26,581 nt of DNA. Source: a virus. Its lineage: Duplodnaviria > Caudoviricetes. The position numbers and the translations under genes are program-made. Of this stretch, positions 7,217 through 15,347 are shown piece by piece. Where the stretch lies: positions 1 through 26,581 of the IMG/VR virus record IMGVR_UViG_3300027672_000073. One strand, given 5' to 3'. Under the pieces are notes generated by a model. It was not told the DNA's origin. It worked only from the letters and a program-made list of their open reading frames with translations, and ran no database searches. Each line of letters begins with the position of its first letter. Position 1 is the stretch's first letter.

Positions 7217-8299
7217 CTAGAAATAGTGTACTAGCCTTGCTATCTGACCAGAATCTTTTGAATGGATAAAACCTTCTACAGCAGGTGAAGACATAAATCC
7301 TTTTCCTGCGTGCCAACTATCTGCTGCTGAAGGACTACGCATATATTCAACAGTACAACCTATAAAGTCCTTTCCGTCTAACCATTTGTATTTTACTTTA
7401 TGATGTACGTGATGAAGATACCAATACCTGTGAGTTGTTTCTGACCATTCCTTTGGTTTCTCATTTGCCATAAGCATAGGAAGTAAATCCATTTTAGCTC
7501 CGTCACCGTGTTCAAGTCCTATAAGATTAGAACCATACTTATAATATTTACGATTAGCTACTGATATATCAAAGGTAACGTCATCAGCTTTTCTGAACCA
7601 AGACTGTAATGCGTGTGCTAAATGGAATCCACTTTGAAAATCGTGGTTACTCATTGAATGTACAACGTCTACAGGTGCAACTTGTCTAAGTATTTCAACA
7701 CACTTGACATAAAGCTTTAAAGCTATTTCATAATGTTGCCACCATTTACCGTCTGTATCTTGGTATGTTCCTCTAGTGGTGCTTGACATTACATTATCTG
7801 TGTGAAGAATATCGTTTCCAATACAGAACAAAACCCTATCAACATTAAATCCTTGTGACTTACTAATAAGCCCTTTAACTCCTTCTAAGACTCTTTCACA
7901 AGCAATCTCTGTGTTGTAGTCTTCACCTGTTTCAGAAGCAAAAGCTAGTTTTCCAATATGAATGTCAGCAGGGTTTATGATAAGTAAATTATCACCCTTG
8001 ACTCTTTGAATTTTTGGATAAGTAGGTGCGTGATTATCTATTAGATTCTTAACGTCTTCTAATAAATCGTTTTGGTCAGTACCGTATTGTTCTTTAGTAA
8101 CTATAGAGAATCTTAAATCACCCCCCATATTCTGCCAATGCTTAACGCTTACAATATCGTTCTTATCAATCCCCCTATCTTTTAAATGGATATCTAAAGC
8201 TGTATTGCCATTAATGTTTTGTAAGTCCTTTCCCCTGCTTTCATTGATTAGCTCAACTTCTTCAGGGGAAAGTCTTAGTCTTTTTCCATCTAAGGACAA
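7217..8299 (-). CDS. Calcineurin-like metallophosphoesterase
   Basis: Motifs ADIHIG, GNDILH, SNHD, HGD, HHVHH. Start uncertain: TTG at 8299, just after the upstream stop, is preferred over 8323. Confidence 0.85.
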   Translation of the reverse strand: MSLDGKRLRLSPEEVELINESRGKDLQNINGNTALDIHLKDRGIDKNDIVSVKHWQNMGGDLRFSIVTKEQYGTDQNDLLEDVKNLIDNHAPTYPKIQRVKGDNLLIINPADIHIGKLAFASETGEDYNTEIACERVLEGVKGLISKSQGFNVDRVLFCIGNDILHTDNVMSSTTRGTYQDTDGKWWQHYEIALKLYVKCVEILRQVAPVDVVHSMSNHDFQSGFHLAHALQSWFRKADDVTFDISVANRKYYKYGSNLIGLEHGDGAKMDLLPMLMANEKPKEWSETTHRYWYLHHVHHKVKYKWLDGKDFIGCTVEYMRSPSAADSWHAGKGFMSSPAVEGFIHSKDSGQIARLVHYF

Positions 8300-8300
8300 A

Positions 8301-8504
8301 CTATTTCTTATTAATGTCCGCAACCCCTTGTCCTAAAACAAGAGCTGAAATAGAAATTAATACACCTTTTACTTCCTCAGCATTTAAATTAAATTTTTCA
8401 CTTAATACTGATGTCAATATTCCAACTACGGTGTACCAAAATTTACGACTACTAAACATTTTCATTAACATTCCATTTACATACTTTTCTAAAAATTTTT
8501 TCAT
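8301..8504 (-). CDS. Putative holin (two hydrophobic segments)
   Basis: SRKFWYTVVGILTSVL and VLISISALVLGQGVAD; adjacent to the putative endolysin. Confidence 0.6.
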   Translation of the reverse strand: MKKFLEKYVNGMLMKMFSSRKFWYTVVGILTSVLSEKFNLNAEEVKGVLISISALVLGQGVADINKK

Positions 8505-8932
8505 TTTACTTTTTTTTTAATTAATAAGTTAATATTTGTTCCGCCTAAATTAATGATTTCTTTCATAAGTAAGTCCATTGCAAGCTTAGAGTTATTAACA
8601 ACGTCTTGTGTACTAGATAAGCCTACAAGCACACAACCTTGAGTCTGATGTACAAAATTTCCGATATGTACCAGGCAATAACTCCTATTAGGAACGTCTT
8701 GTATTAGTAAGTGTAAGTAGTCCCTAGTGCCTGATTCCCTAGGGTATCTAAGTCGTACATTATATTCTCCTTCAGGAATGCAACTGATGTTTCTGATATT
8801 ATCTAGCCAAGGGTTTTCAAGTGTATCACAAATTCTAACTCCATTAAGACTTAATTCGCCTAATGTAGATTTGTCTGAGAATGTATCCCTAACTAATAAT
8901 AGTTCTATTTTATCTGTCCTGATTTTCTTCAA
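8501..8932 (-). CDS. DUF5675-family protein, putative endolysin (His/Cys L,D-transpeptidase-like motif)
   Basis: STLGEL...CDTLE.PW...SCIPEGEY...VPNRS..LVHIGN....TQGCVLVG; TTG start; flanked by small membrane proteins. Confidence 0.75.
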   Translation of the reverse strand: MKKIRTDKIELLLVRDTFSDKSTLGELSLNGVRICDTLENPWLDNIRNISCIPEGEYNVRLRYPRESGTRDYLHLLIQDVPNRSYCLVHIGNFVHQTQGCVLVGLSSTQDVVNNSKLAMDLLMKEIINLGGTNINLLIKKKVK

Positions 8933-9074
8933 ACTTTATGAATTTATAAATTGTATACGATATAGCTAGAGTCAAACTGACAAGTGTCAATATTTGATTA
9001 ATCTGTGCAATGCTGAAAACTATTGCGAAACTATTTGCTATCCCTACTTGTAAGGTGTCTTGTACTTCTTTCAT
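8910..9074 (-). CDS. Small membrane protein (54 aa), holin/antiholin candidate
   Basis: Not in the ORF track: MKEVQDTLQVGIANSFAIVFSIAQINQILTLVSLTLAISYTIYKFIKFEENQDR. Confidence 0.7.
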   Translation of the reverse strand: MKEVQDTLQVGIANSFAIVFSIAQINQILTLVSLTLAISYTIYKFIKFEENQDR

Positions 9075-9150
9075 TTGTTTTAGGCTTTTTATCCAAGTAG
9101 GACTTTAATTTTGTAATATTAATTTGTTTCGGCTTGTAGTGTTTTCTCAT
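9031..9150 (-). CDS. Small basic peptide (39 aa)
   Basis: ATG overlaps the adaptor stop (TAATG): MRKHYKPKQINITKLKSYLDKKPKTNERSTRHLTSRDSK. Confidence 0.45.
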   Translation of the reverse strand: MRKHYKPKQINITKLKSYLDKKPKTNERSTRHLTSRDSK

Positions 9151-9719
9151 TAATCAGAAGCATTTAGAAAGTTTCTTAAAGTAAGTCTTGTTCCCTGTCT
9201 TGGTGTTTCAAGATTCATATTATTGTAATAATTTTCTCTTGACGGATTCACATCAGCTCCCGTATTAGTCGTATATTCAGGAAAACTTGCAGTATTATTA
9301 CGGATGTAGTCGATTAACCTTTCACGATAGTAACTCCCCGTATTTAAAATTTCTTCTCTAAAACTCTGTGCTTCTTCGGTAGTTAAAGCTGTCCCTGTTT
9401 CTGATGTCTTTGAGTAGATGTTTCCATTCTCTACTTTGTGCCTAAGATAATTAAAAGCGTGATAAAGACTATAAGAGGGTAACATATCGCCTATGTAATC
9501 GTCTAGTAAAGTCTTGTAGGCTTCATTTCCTACATTACCTACAGTACCTGCTACAATTAAGTCTTTAAGTTTTTGATTCAGGTCAGTCCCTAAAGCTGTT
9601 TCAACATAAATTTTCTGTGCTTCACGTACAAACGGGAGCAAGATGTCCACGTCTACATTTAGGTTGATTGCGGTGCTATCCTTTAGCTTCGCTTCTGATA
9701 TAAATAGTACATAGCTCAT
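9150..9719 (-). CDS. Putative head-tail adaptor
   Basis: 189 aa, apparently helical, directly after the portal; VLFISEAKLKD...AQKIYVETALGTDL pattern of Bacteroidota phage adaptors. Confidence 0.6.
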   Translation of the reverse strand: MSYVLFISEAKLKDSTAINLNVDVDILLPFVREAQKIYVETALGTDLNQKLKDLIVAGTVGNVGNEAYKTLLDDYIGDMLPSYSLYHAFNYLRHKVENGNIYSKTSETGTALTTEEAQSFREEILNTGSYYRERLIDYIRNNTASFPEYTTNTGADVNPSRENYYNNMNLETPRQGTRLTLRNFLNASD

Positions 9720-9721
9720 AG

Positions 9722-11719
9722 TTATCTTGCGTTTACGTATCCGTTATTTTTCATTTTTCTTGGGGGTGTTGCTACTAGCTTATCATTTTTCTTTGCTGTA
9801 AATCCTTCTGACTTAGCTTTAGTGTAACCAATCATATCAGCATCTTCTATCTTAGTGGTCTTAGATTCTCCTATTGTAGTCTTAAAGATTCTTCTACTCC
9901 AAAAGTGGAAACATTGAGGCCCTCCTTTATATAGCCAAATTGAGTAAGTATTAGCACCTCCTTTACCGAATCCAGGATTAACAGCCTTTGTAGTCATATT
10001 TAAAATATCCTCTTTTCTATATAGTTTATTTTGACCTGTCATTTGTCTGCAAAATTCTCTTTTAGTTCCTGACTTATTAGTTAAGAAATTGTCTTGAGAA
10101 TAAACATAACGAACTCTAAAGTAATCATAAGACTTTTTAGAGATACCATCTTGCTCAGACTTACGACTTGGAATTGCTCTACCTGTTGAAGCTAGTTCTA
10201 TCTTTTCCCCTGCTATATCGTTTAATACTTCTTCATAGTTAAAGTCTTGATGTTCTCCATCAACAACTTCTTCTTCTACTAATTCCCATTCATCTGACAT
10301 ATCTTCTCCAAATTCTTCAATGAACTTTGAAAGCTCTGTAGCTTCTTGATGACCTTCACAAGCCATATAAACCGTCTTGCCTTCATAATCGTGCGTATGA
10401 TACCCTTCACACCCTAAAGTCTTTGCACTCGCTAAGGCTTCTTCTATAGTATCAAAAACAGGCTTTCCATCTATCATTCCAACTTTTGAAAAGTCCTCTC
10501 TAACATCTACATCAACATCTAACGGGGCGTAACCCATTTCTTCTCTTATTTCGTCTGAAGTAAGTACTCCTGCTAAATCTTGATTTGTAAACTTAATAGT
10601 TATAGGTTTAAGCTGTACGAATTGAACAGGCATATCCATATTATTTACTTGAAATATCTTGTGCAATACTTTAAGTATTTGATTTTGAAATCCTACAACT
10701 ACTGTATTTTTATAAAAATTAGAAGCTGCGTTTAGCTCGTCTGCATTGCTTGAGAACCCATTAGCACTATCCAAGCCCATAAGTGTCTTAGAAGTCACCC
10801 TATGACCTGAGAGGATGTTGCTAGTAAGTAGTTCTTGAAGTGCCAAATACTGCTTATCCAAGTCAGAAGGACTAATTGAAGTTATTTCAGGTACTCTAGT
10901 TTTATCATCTGAGAACGTCAAAACGAACTTGCCTGCATTCTTTTCAGATGTAAATTTATCTTCTAAGCTTCTTTCTATCTGGTTTCTTTCTTCAGCCGTC
11001 GGAATACCATTCGCAAAGGATATCATAAATGACCCCGTGAATCCGTTAGATATATTATTAAGGTGAAACTCAGAAACTTTTGAATCTATTAACGCCCAAT
11101 TATTACAAGAAATGTAATCAGCCGTATAATAAGAATTCATATTAGGACTGTAAAGCCCTGTATAAAGTATTTGATTAGGAGAAGTTCTGTCATTAACATT
11201 AAAAGCAGGAACTCTATATGGTTTGTTCGTTCTTGTATTTGCCCAATCGCCTGAAACATAGTAACCTCTAGTCTTTCCAAATTCATCAGGTTTTTCACAC
11301 CTAATTTTCTCGACTGGGATATGATAGACTTCAGCTATTTGAGTCCTATCTTTTGACCATACTATATTAAGAGCAAACGCTCCTTGTAGCTTAAAGTCAA
11401 AGGCTACCTTTTTTAATACCTCGTGAAGCGTTTCGTTTCCATTAGCATTGTTCATAAAGTTCTGTAACTTTACTCTTGCTTCTTCATCTCTATCTTCTTC
11501 ATCTGTTATAACTAAGTCTTCAGCACTAATCATTTCTGCAGTAGCGTTTACGATAGCAGCCGTTATTGAACTTGAATAGTAAAGGTCAATTAAAAACTGA
11601 GGGTAGAGGTTTCTCCATTCGCCATTAGCGTCCCCGTACTCAATCCAATCTTTTCCTCTTACTTCTTGTACTAAAGGAGATGTTGAAGTGCTTAAATCGA
11701 TGCTTAAAATTTTATCCAT
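9722..11719 (-). CDS. Portal protein with C-terminal extra domains
   Basis: First ~400 aa portal-like (YPQFLIDLYYSS, DFKLQGAFALNIVW, NAGKFVLTF, ILSGHRVTS, LTSDEIREEMGYAPL), then about 250 aa of Cys/His-containing extension. Confidence 0.85.
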   Translation of the reverse strand: MDKILSIDLSTSTSPLVQEVRGKDWIEYGDANGEWRNLYPQFLIDLYYSSSITAAIVNATAEMISAEDLVITDEEDRDEEARVKLQNFMNNANGNETLHEVLKKVAFDFKLQGAFALNIVWSKDRTQIAEVYHIPVEKIRCEKPDEFGKTRGYYVSGDWANTRTNKPYRVPAFNVNDRTSPNQILYTGLYSPNMNSYYTADYISCNNWALIDSKVSEFHLNNISNGFTGSFMISFANGIPTAEERNQIERSLEDKFTSEKNAGKFVLTFSDDKTRVPEITSISPSDLDKQYLALQELLTSNILSGHRVTSKTLMGLDSANGFSSNADELNAASNFYKNTVVVGFQNQILKVLHKIFQVNNMDMPVQFVQLKPITIKFTNQDLAGVLTSDEIREEMGYAPLDVDVDVREDFSKVGMIDGKPVFDTIEEALASAKTLGCEGYHTHDYEGKTVYMACEGHQEATELSKFIEEFGEDMSDEWELVEEEVVDGEHQDFNYEEVLNDIAGEKIELASTGRAIPSRKSEQDGISKKSYDYFRVRYVYSQDNFLTNKSGTKREFCRQMTGQNKLYRKEDILNMTTKAVNPGFGKGGANTYSIWLYKGGPQCFHFWSRRIFKTTIGESKTTKIEDADMIGYTKAKSEGFTAKKNDKLVATPPRKMKNNGYVNAR

Positions 11720-11720
11720 T

Positions 11721-12842
11721 TTATAAGTTTAAAAGTCTTTCGTTTATGTTATCTGTCAATGCTTGTGAAGTAGAATCATATATTTGTAATTCAAATAAAC
11801 TACCATCAAAATTATCTGATACTTCTGCTTGAGAACCTAAAGTACCATATAAAACAGAACCAGGTATTGCTACGCAATTTTGAGCTACTCCATTTACAGT
11901 CAAACATATTAAATTGGATGAATCTCTTGTAATAACTACATAAGCATCATTCCAATTCCCTGTAGTTGTATTAAGAATAGATTCTAACCCTGCTGAATTG
12001 GATGCAGATAGTGTGTCAATATCTGATAATTTTACCATTGTCTGACCTACAGCTCCTGTTACATCAGTTAATATATTTCCGTTATAAGTATTAGCCTTTA
12101 TTTTGAATGCTACAGTAAATTCATTATCTATTTTAATATTTCCTCCTGCTTTTAAAAAGTCAAGAGCATCAAAAATAACTCCACCTGTACTTTCTGTGTA
12201 TGAAGGCATTTGTGATGTTGTACTTTGCAACATATTATTTGTATTAGCAGAACTATCTTTCCATTCACTAACATTACCATTTCCATCTAAAGTTATTCCT
12301 GCTTTGTTTTTATACCAAGCAATCATAGAAGTTTCATCTGCAGGATTCCATACAACTATGTCTGTTCCATACCATACATAATTTGGACTATCAGGAGATT
12401 CGTTTTGAGTGTATTGTACTTGTTGTGTACCTTTACTTTCTGTAAGATTAAGAATTCCTTTAGTTACAAGTCCTTTTACTATTCCATTAGTATTTGATAC
12501 AGGTAATATATCAGTTTCAGTTGCAGGAGCTTTACCAAAAGAAACTACAGGTGGTTCTATCCATACTATTTCATAGACTTCATATTTCCAATGTCCAGCA
12601 GGTAAAAGATTTATAGTTCCTGCATATCTATCAGGAGCTACATTGTAAGTGAAAAGCATTTCAGTATATCTAGGTAATATACCTTTACCCATTGATGGAT
12701 AGCAATATTCTACATCACCATTCATATCATTAATTAACTTAATTAAAAATCTAATTTTAGAAGTCGCTGCTGTTGTATCTATTCTATTATCTTCAGTATT
12801 TAGGTAAGCTTGTATATTTGATTGAGTAAAACCTTGTATCAT
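11721..12842 (-). CDS. Virion protein with C-terminal LamG/concanavalin-like domain
   Basis: Likely start MIQGF at 12842. C-terminus has AWY...VSEWKDSS..N...Q...P...FD..DFL and FDGSLFELQIYD, typical of LamG-like phage domains. Confidence 0.7.
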   Translation of the reverse strand: MIQGFTQSNIQAYLNTEDNRIDTTAATSKIRFLIKLINDMNGDVEYCYPSMGKGILPRYTEMLFTYNVAPDRYAGTINLLPAGHWKYEVYEIVWIEPPVVSFGKAPATETDILPVSNTNGIVKGLVTKGILNLTESKGTQQVQYTQNESPDSPNYVWYGTDIVVWNPADETSMIAWYKNKAGITLDGNGNVSEWKDSSANTNNMLQSTTSQMPSYTESTGGVIFDALDFLKAGGNIKIDNEFTVAFKIKANTYNGNILTDVTGAVGQTMVKLSDIDTLSASNSAGLESILNTTTGNWNDAYVVITRDSSNLICLTVNGVAQNCVAIPGSVLYGTLGSQAEVSDNFDGSLFELQIYDSTSQALTDNINERLLNL

Positions 12843-12844
12843 AG

Positions 12845-12874
12845 TATATAATAGAAAAAGTCTGTTTCTGTTTG
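12845..12874 (-). promoter_or_regulatory. Putative phage late promoter, copy A
   Basis: Minus strand CAAA-N16-CTATTATATA-CT-ATG. Confidence 0.75.
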
Positions 12875-12885
12875 GTAAATAAAGG

Positions 12886-12907
12886 AAAAAGGCTGCCAAA
12901 GCAACCT
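12886..12907 (-). terminator. Intrinsic terminator
   Basis: AGGUUGC-UUUG-GCAGCCU followed by UUUUCCUUUAUUU. Confidence 0.7.
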
Positions 12908-12915
12908 CAATCCCA

Positions 12916-12966
12916 TAGTGAACGCTAGATTTCTCTATATACAGCCGAACTGCACCACCCTCACTA
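12916..12966 (-). ncRNA. Candidate structured RNA (three-way junction)
   Basis: UAGUGAG/UUCACUA closing stem, GUGCAG-UUCGG-CUGUAU hairpin, UAGA-GAAA-UCUA hairpin; G-U pairs favour the minus strand. Confidence 0.5.
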
Positions 12967-12971
12967 AGTGT

Positions 12972-13002
12972 AAAAAAAGGGTAACCGTTAAGCTACCCTT
13001 TT
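12972..13002 (-). terminator. Intrinsic terminator after the tail tube gene
   Basis: AAAA-GGGUAGC-UUAACG-GUUACCC-UUUUUUU. Confidence 0.85.
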
Positions 13003-13026
13003 AAGATTATAAGAAAACAGATAAGA

Positions 13027-13629
13027 TTATCCTGTTGTTATTATTGTACCAATTTCAAATGCTGCATTTGTGAAAGGCCCTGTTGCAGAAGGATAGTCTG
13101 CTACCATTGGGAAAGGCTTATTTTCCATTCCGTCAAAAGTAAGAGTGTATCCTCCTCTATCTCCGAATGCTGCTCCGGAATCCATAGTACCTGCATTAAG
13201 TTCCATTCCATTAGTAACTCCTAAAGCAACAATGACATCATTTCCTGAAGGTAAAGTTGCATTTAATTGAGCAAAACATACAAGCTTAGTAGCTGCAAGT
13301 AGTTTAATTTGGTTCTGGTCTTCTTTTGTAAGTCTGTTAAGAATAATATTTAAACTAGGCTGATAATAAACAGTTCCGTTCTCACGACTACCTACGATTG
13401 TATCTGTAAGACTAGCTACGCCTAAAGGCATAGTATATCTGTAAAGAGTATTTTGTGTTGCAGATACTAACATATCTATATCAGTTACTTCTTCATCTAC
13501 TACAACTATTCCTGCTGTTTCTATTGGTGATTCAAATTGGTCATAAACTCCGAAATAAACGAATTTAATTCCGCCGGAAACGCGTGAGCAATCGAGTCCC
13601 CTCCCTCTTGTTATTAAGCCGCAAGCCAT
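13027..13629 (-). CDS. Putative major tail (tube) protein
   Basis: MAC..T.GR.LDC....GGIK.VYF...SRENGTVYY...GYTLTFDGME pattern of Bacteroidota phage tail-tube proteins; directly after the capsid gene. Confidence 0.65.
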   Translation of the reverse strand: MACGLITRGRGLDCSRVSGGIKFVYFGVYDQFESPIETAGIVVVDEEVTDIDMLVSATQNTLYRYTMPLGVASLTDTIVGSRENGTVYYQPSLNIILNRLTKEDQNQIKLLAATKLVCFAQLNATLPSGNDVIVALGVTNGMELNAGTMDSGAAFGDRGGYTLTFDGMENKPFPMVADYPSATGPFTNAAFEIGTIITTG

Positions 13630-13651
13630 TGTTTTTTATTTTTTAGGTTAA

Positions 13652-13681
13652 GGGAGTGAAGGGTTTTACCCCCTCACTTCC
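13652..13681 (-). other. Stable stem-loop between capsid and tail tube genes
   Basis: GGAAGUGAGGGG-GUAAAA-CCCUUCACUCCC with no U-tract. Confidence 0.65.
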
Positions 13682-13695
13682 GTATTATTTATTTG

Positions 13696-14607
13696 TTAAG
13701 ATACTCTTACGATATCAGCTCCAACTCCTGTCTGAACTCCTGCAGAGTAACGAGCAACTAATCTCATATTGTCACTTCCGTCTAAAGCAGCCATATCCAT
13801 CAAATTGATTCTAGTAGCATCAGAAATCAAATCCGTACCAAAGAATAAGTTAGACTTTTCAGCTACTACGATTTCGTTATCTTTCATTCCGTTACATACT
13901 GCAATTTTGATTCCTTCAAATACAGGAAGGTAATCACCTTGCATATTGTAAGCGTTTACATATCCTAAAGTAGAAATTGCAGAGATGTAGTATCTGTAAG
14001 ACTTTTGGTTTATGTAGATGTGTAAGTCTTCTTTTCCTAACACTGCTGTAGGAATAGCTGCAACTGCTGTTTGTAAATTTTCAATAATGTTAGCTGCTGA
14101 AAAAGCTGCTGCTGTTCCTGCTGCTTGAACAACTGTTGCGTCAACACCTGGTAATAAAAGACCTGTAGCAGCTCCAACAAATCCATTGAATTTCCCTGCT
14201 ACTGCCGTTCCTTTCCATACACTTTCTTCTGTTGCTTCTGCAATAATTTCTCCCATATAAGAGATTACATAGTCATCAAAAGATGCAGGAGGTGGTGCGC
14301 CTGCTCCTGCTCTCATTTGTAAACTTTCAAAGCTATCAAGTAAATTTTTCTTACATAAATCTACATTAACTTGAAGATTTTTAGGTTCTAATACCTTTTC
14401 TGTCAATGCTAAAGTACCTGCTGATGTGAAATCACAAGTAGCGTCTGCTACTAAAGATGCACCTGCCATTTTTTGAATGTTAGACTTATATTTTATCGTT
14501 TCCATCATAGTTAAGAAGTCTAGTGAGTTTGCTTGTGCTAAAGCTGCACTGATGTAGAATCCAGCTGCCGTTCCTGCATAGTTTGATGTTACTGTTGGTT
14601 GAGCCAT
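13696..14607 (-). CDS. Major capsid protein
   Basis: 303 aa after protease and scaffold; HK97-like layout (EIIAEATEESVWKG....FNGF; KSNLFFGTDL). Confidence 0.85.
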   Translation of the reverse strand: MAQPTVTSNYAGTAAGFYISAALAQANSLDFLTMMETIKYKSNIQKMAGASLVADATCDFTSAGTLALTEKVLEPKNLQVNVDLCKKNLLDSFESLQMRAGAGAPPPASFDDYVISYMGEIIAEATEESVWKGTAVAGKFNGFVGAATGLLLPGVDATVVQAAGTAAAFSAANIIENLQTAVAAIPTAVLGKEDLHIYINQKSYRYYISAISTLGYVNAYNMQGDYLPVFEGIKIAVCNGMKDNEIVVAEKSNLFFGTDLISDATRINLMDMAALDGSDNMRLVARYSAGVQTGVGADIVRVS

Positions 14608-14633
14608 AATTTTTGTTTTTTATTTATTAATTT

Positions 14634-15293
14634 TTATTTATTTAAGTCTTGTAAGAACCTTTCTCTTCTAGATAACTTAGCGTAATCTTTTTTAGACATT
14701 GGTTTTCTATCTGAACTGAATTTATTTGTATCTAATGGAGCTGATGCAGGAGATTCTGCTAATTCAGTTTTAAGTCTTTCGTTTTCAGCTTTTAAATCTG
14801 CGAACTCAACTACTTCTGTAGTCTTAATAGATTTAGGAGTAGAACCTCTTTCTTCAGTTACTTCAGCCATTTCTTCAACCTCGTCATCACCTCCGTCTTT
14901 ATCTCTTTTAAGATCAGCTACTGCATCTTCTAAGTTTTGGATTCTTTTCTCCATTCCTGCCCAATCTTCAACGTCAGCTTCTTCAGCTAATTCCATTTCT
15001 TCTTCAACTACTTCTTCAGTAACTTCTTCTTCAGTTTCAGTTTCCATAACTTCAGCAACGATACCTTCTTCCTCAACTCTGAAAGTAACTCCCGTATCAG
15101 TCTTGTAAGTTCCAACAGGTAATAAAATTGTCGTGCCATCTTCAGTTAAAACGCTGATATCCACGCCTTCAGCTAATTCTTCAGCTGTTGAAACGAAAAT
15201 AGTTCCGTCTTCTGACTTCGCTTGCCAAGCCATCATTACCTCTTCGCCTTTATCAAGACCAAGTGCTACCAATATTTGATTTTTTAAATCCAT
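14634..15293 (-). CDS. Capsid scaffolding protein
   Basis: Very acidic, coiled-coil segments, basic C-terminal helix; lies between protease and capsid genes. Confidence 0.7.
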   Translation of the reverse strand: MDLKNQILVALGLDKGEEVMMAWQAKSEDGTIFVSTAEELAEGVDISVLTEDGTTILLPVGTYKTDTGVTFRVEEEGIVAEVMETETEEEVTEEVVEEEMELAEEADVEDWAGMEKRIQNLEDAVADLKRDKDGGDDEVEEMAEVTEERGSTPKSIKTTEVVEFADLKAENERLKTELAESPASAPLDTNKFSSDRKPMSKKDYAKLSRRERFLQDLNK

Positions 15294-15313
15294 AGTTTTG
15301 TTTTAAGTTCTGT

Positions 15314-15343
15314 TATATAATAGAATAGTTATTGTTCTGTTTG
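15314..15343 (-). promoter_or_regulatory. Putative phage late promoter, copy B
   Basis: CAAA-N16-CTATTATATA ending 20 nt before the scaffold ATG. Confidence 0.75.
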
Positions 15344-15347
15344 GTTT

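Noticed and set aside
8910-8935. Frameshift fusion of the 54-aa membrane protein to the DUF5675 enzyme
   Set aside because: It would need a +1 shift with no clear slippery site; an overlapping TTG start is sufficient.
12843-12899. N-terminal extension of the 392-aa ORF
   Set aside because: It runs through a terminator and the promoter motif; the ATG at 12842 matches the arrangement at the other motif copies.
12916-12966. tRNA or hammerhead ribozyme identity for the structured element
   Set aside because: Too short for a cloverleaf, with no T-loop or CCA arrangement; lacks the CUGAnGA core.
14985-15050. CTTCTTCA-type short repeats in the scaffold gene
   Set aside because: Explained by Glu-rich low-complexity protein sequence.
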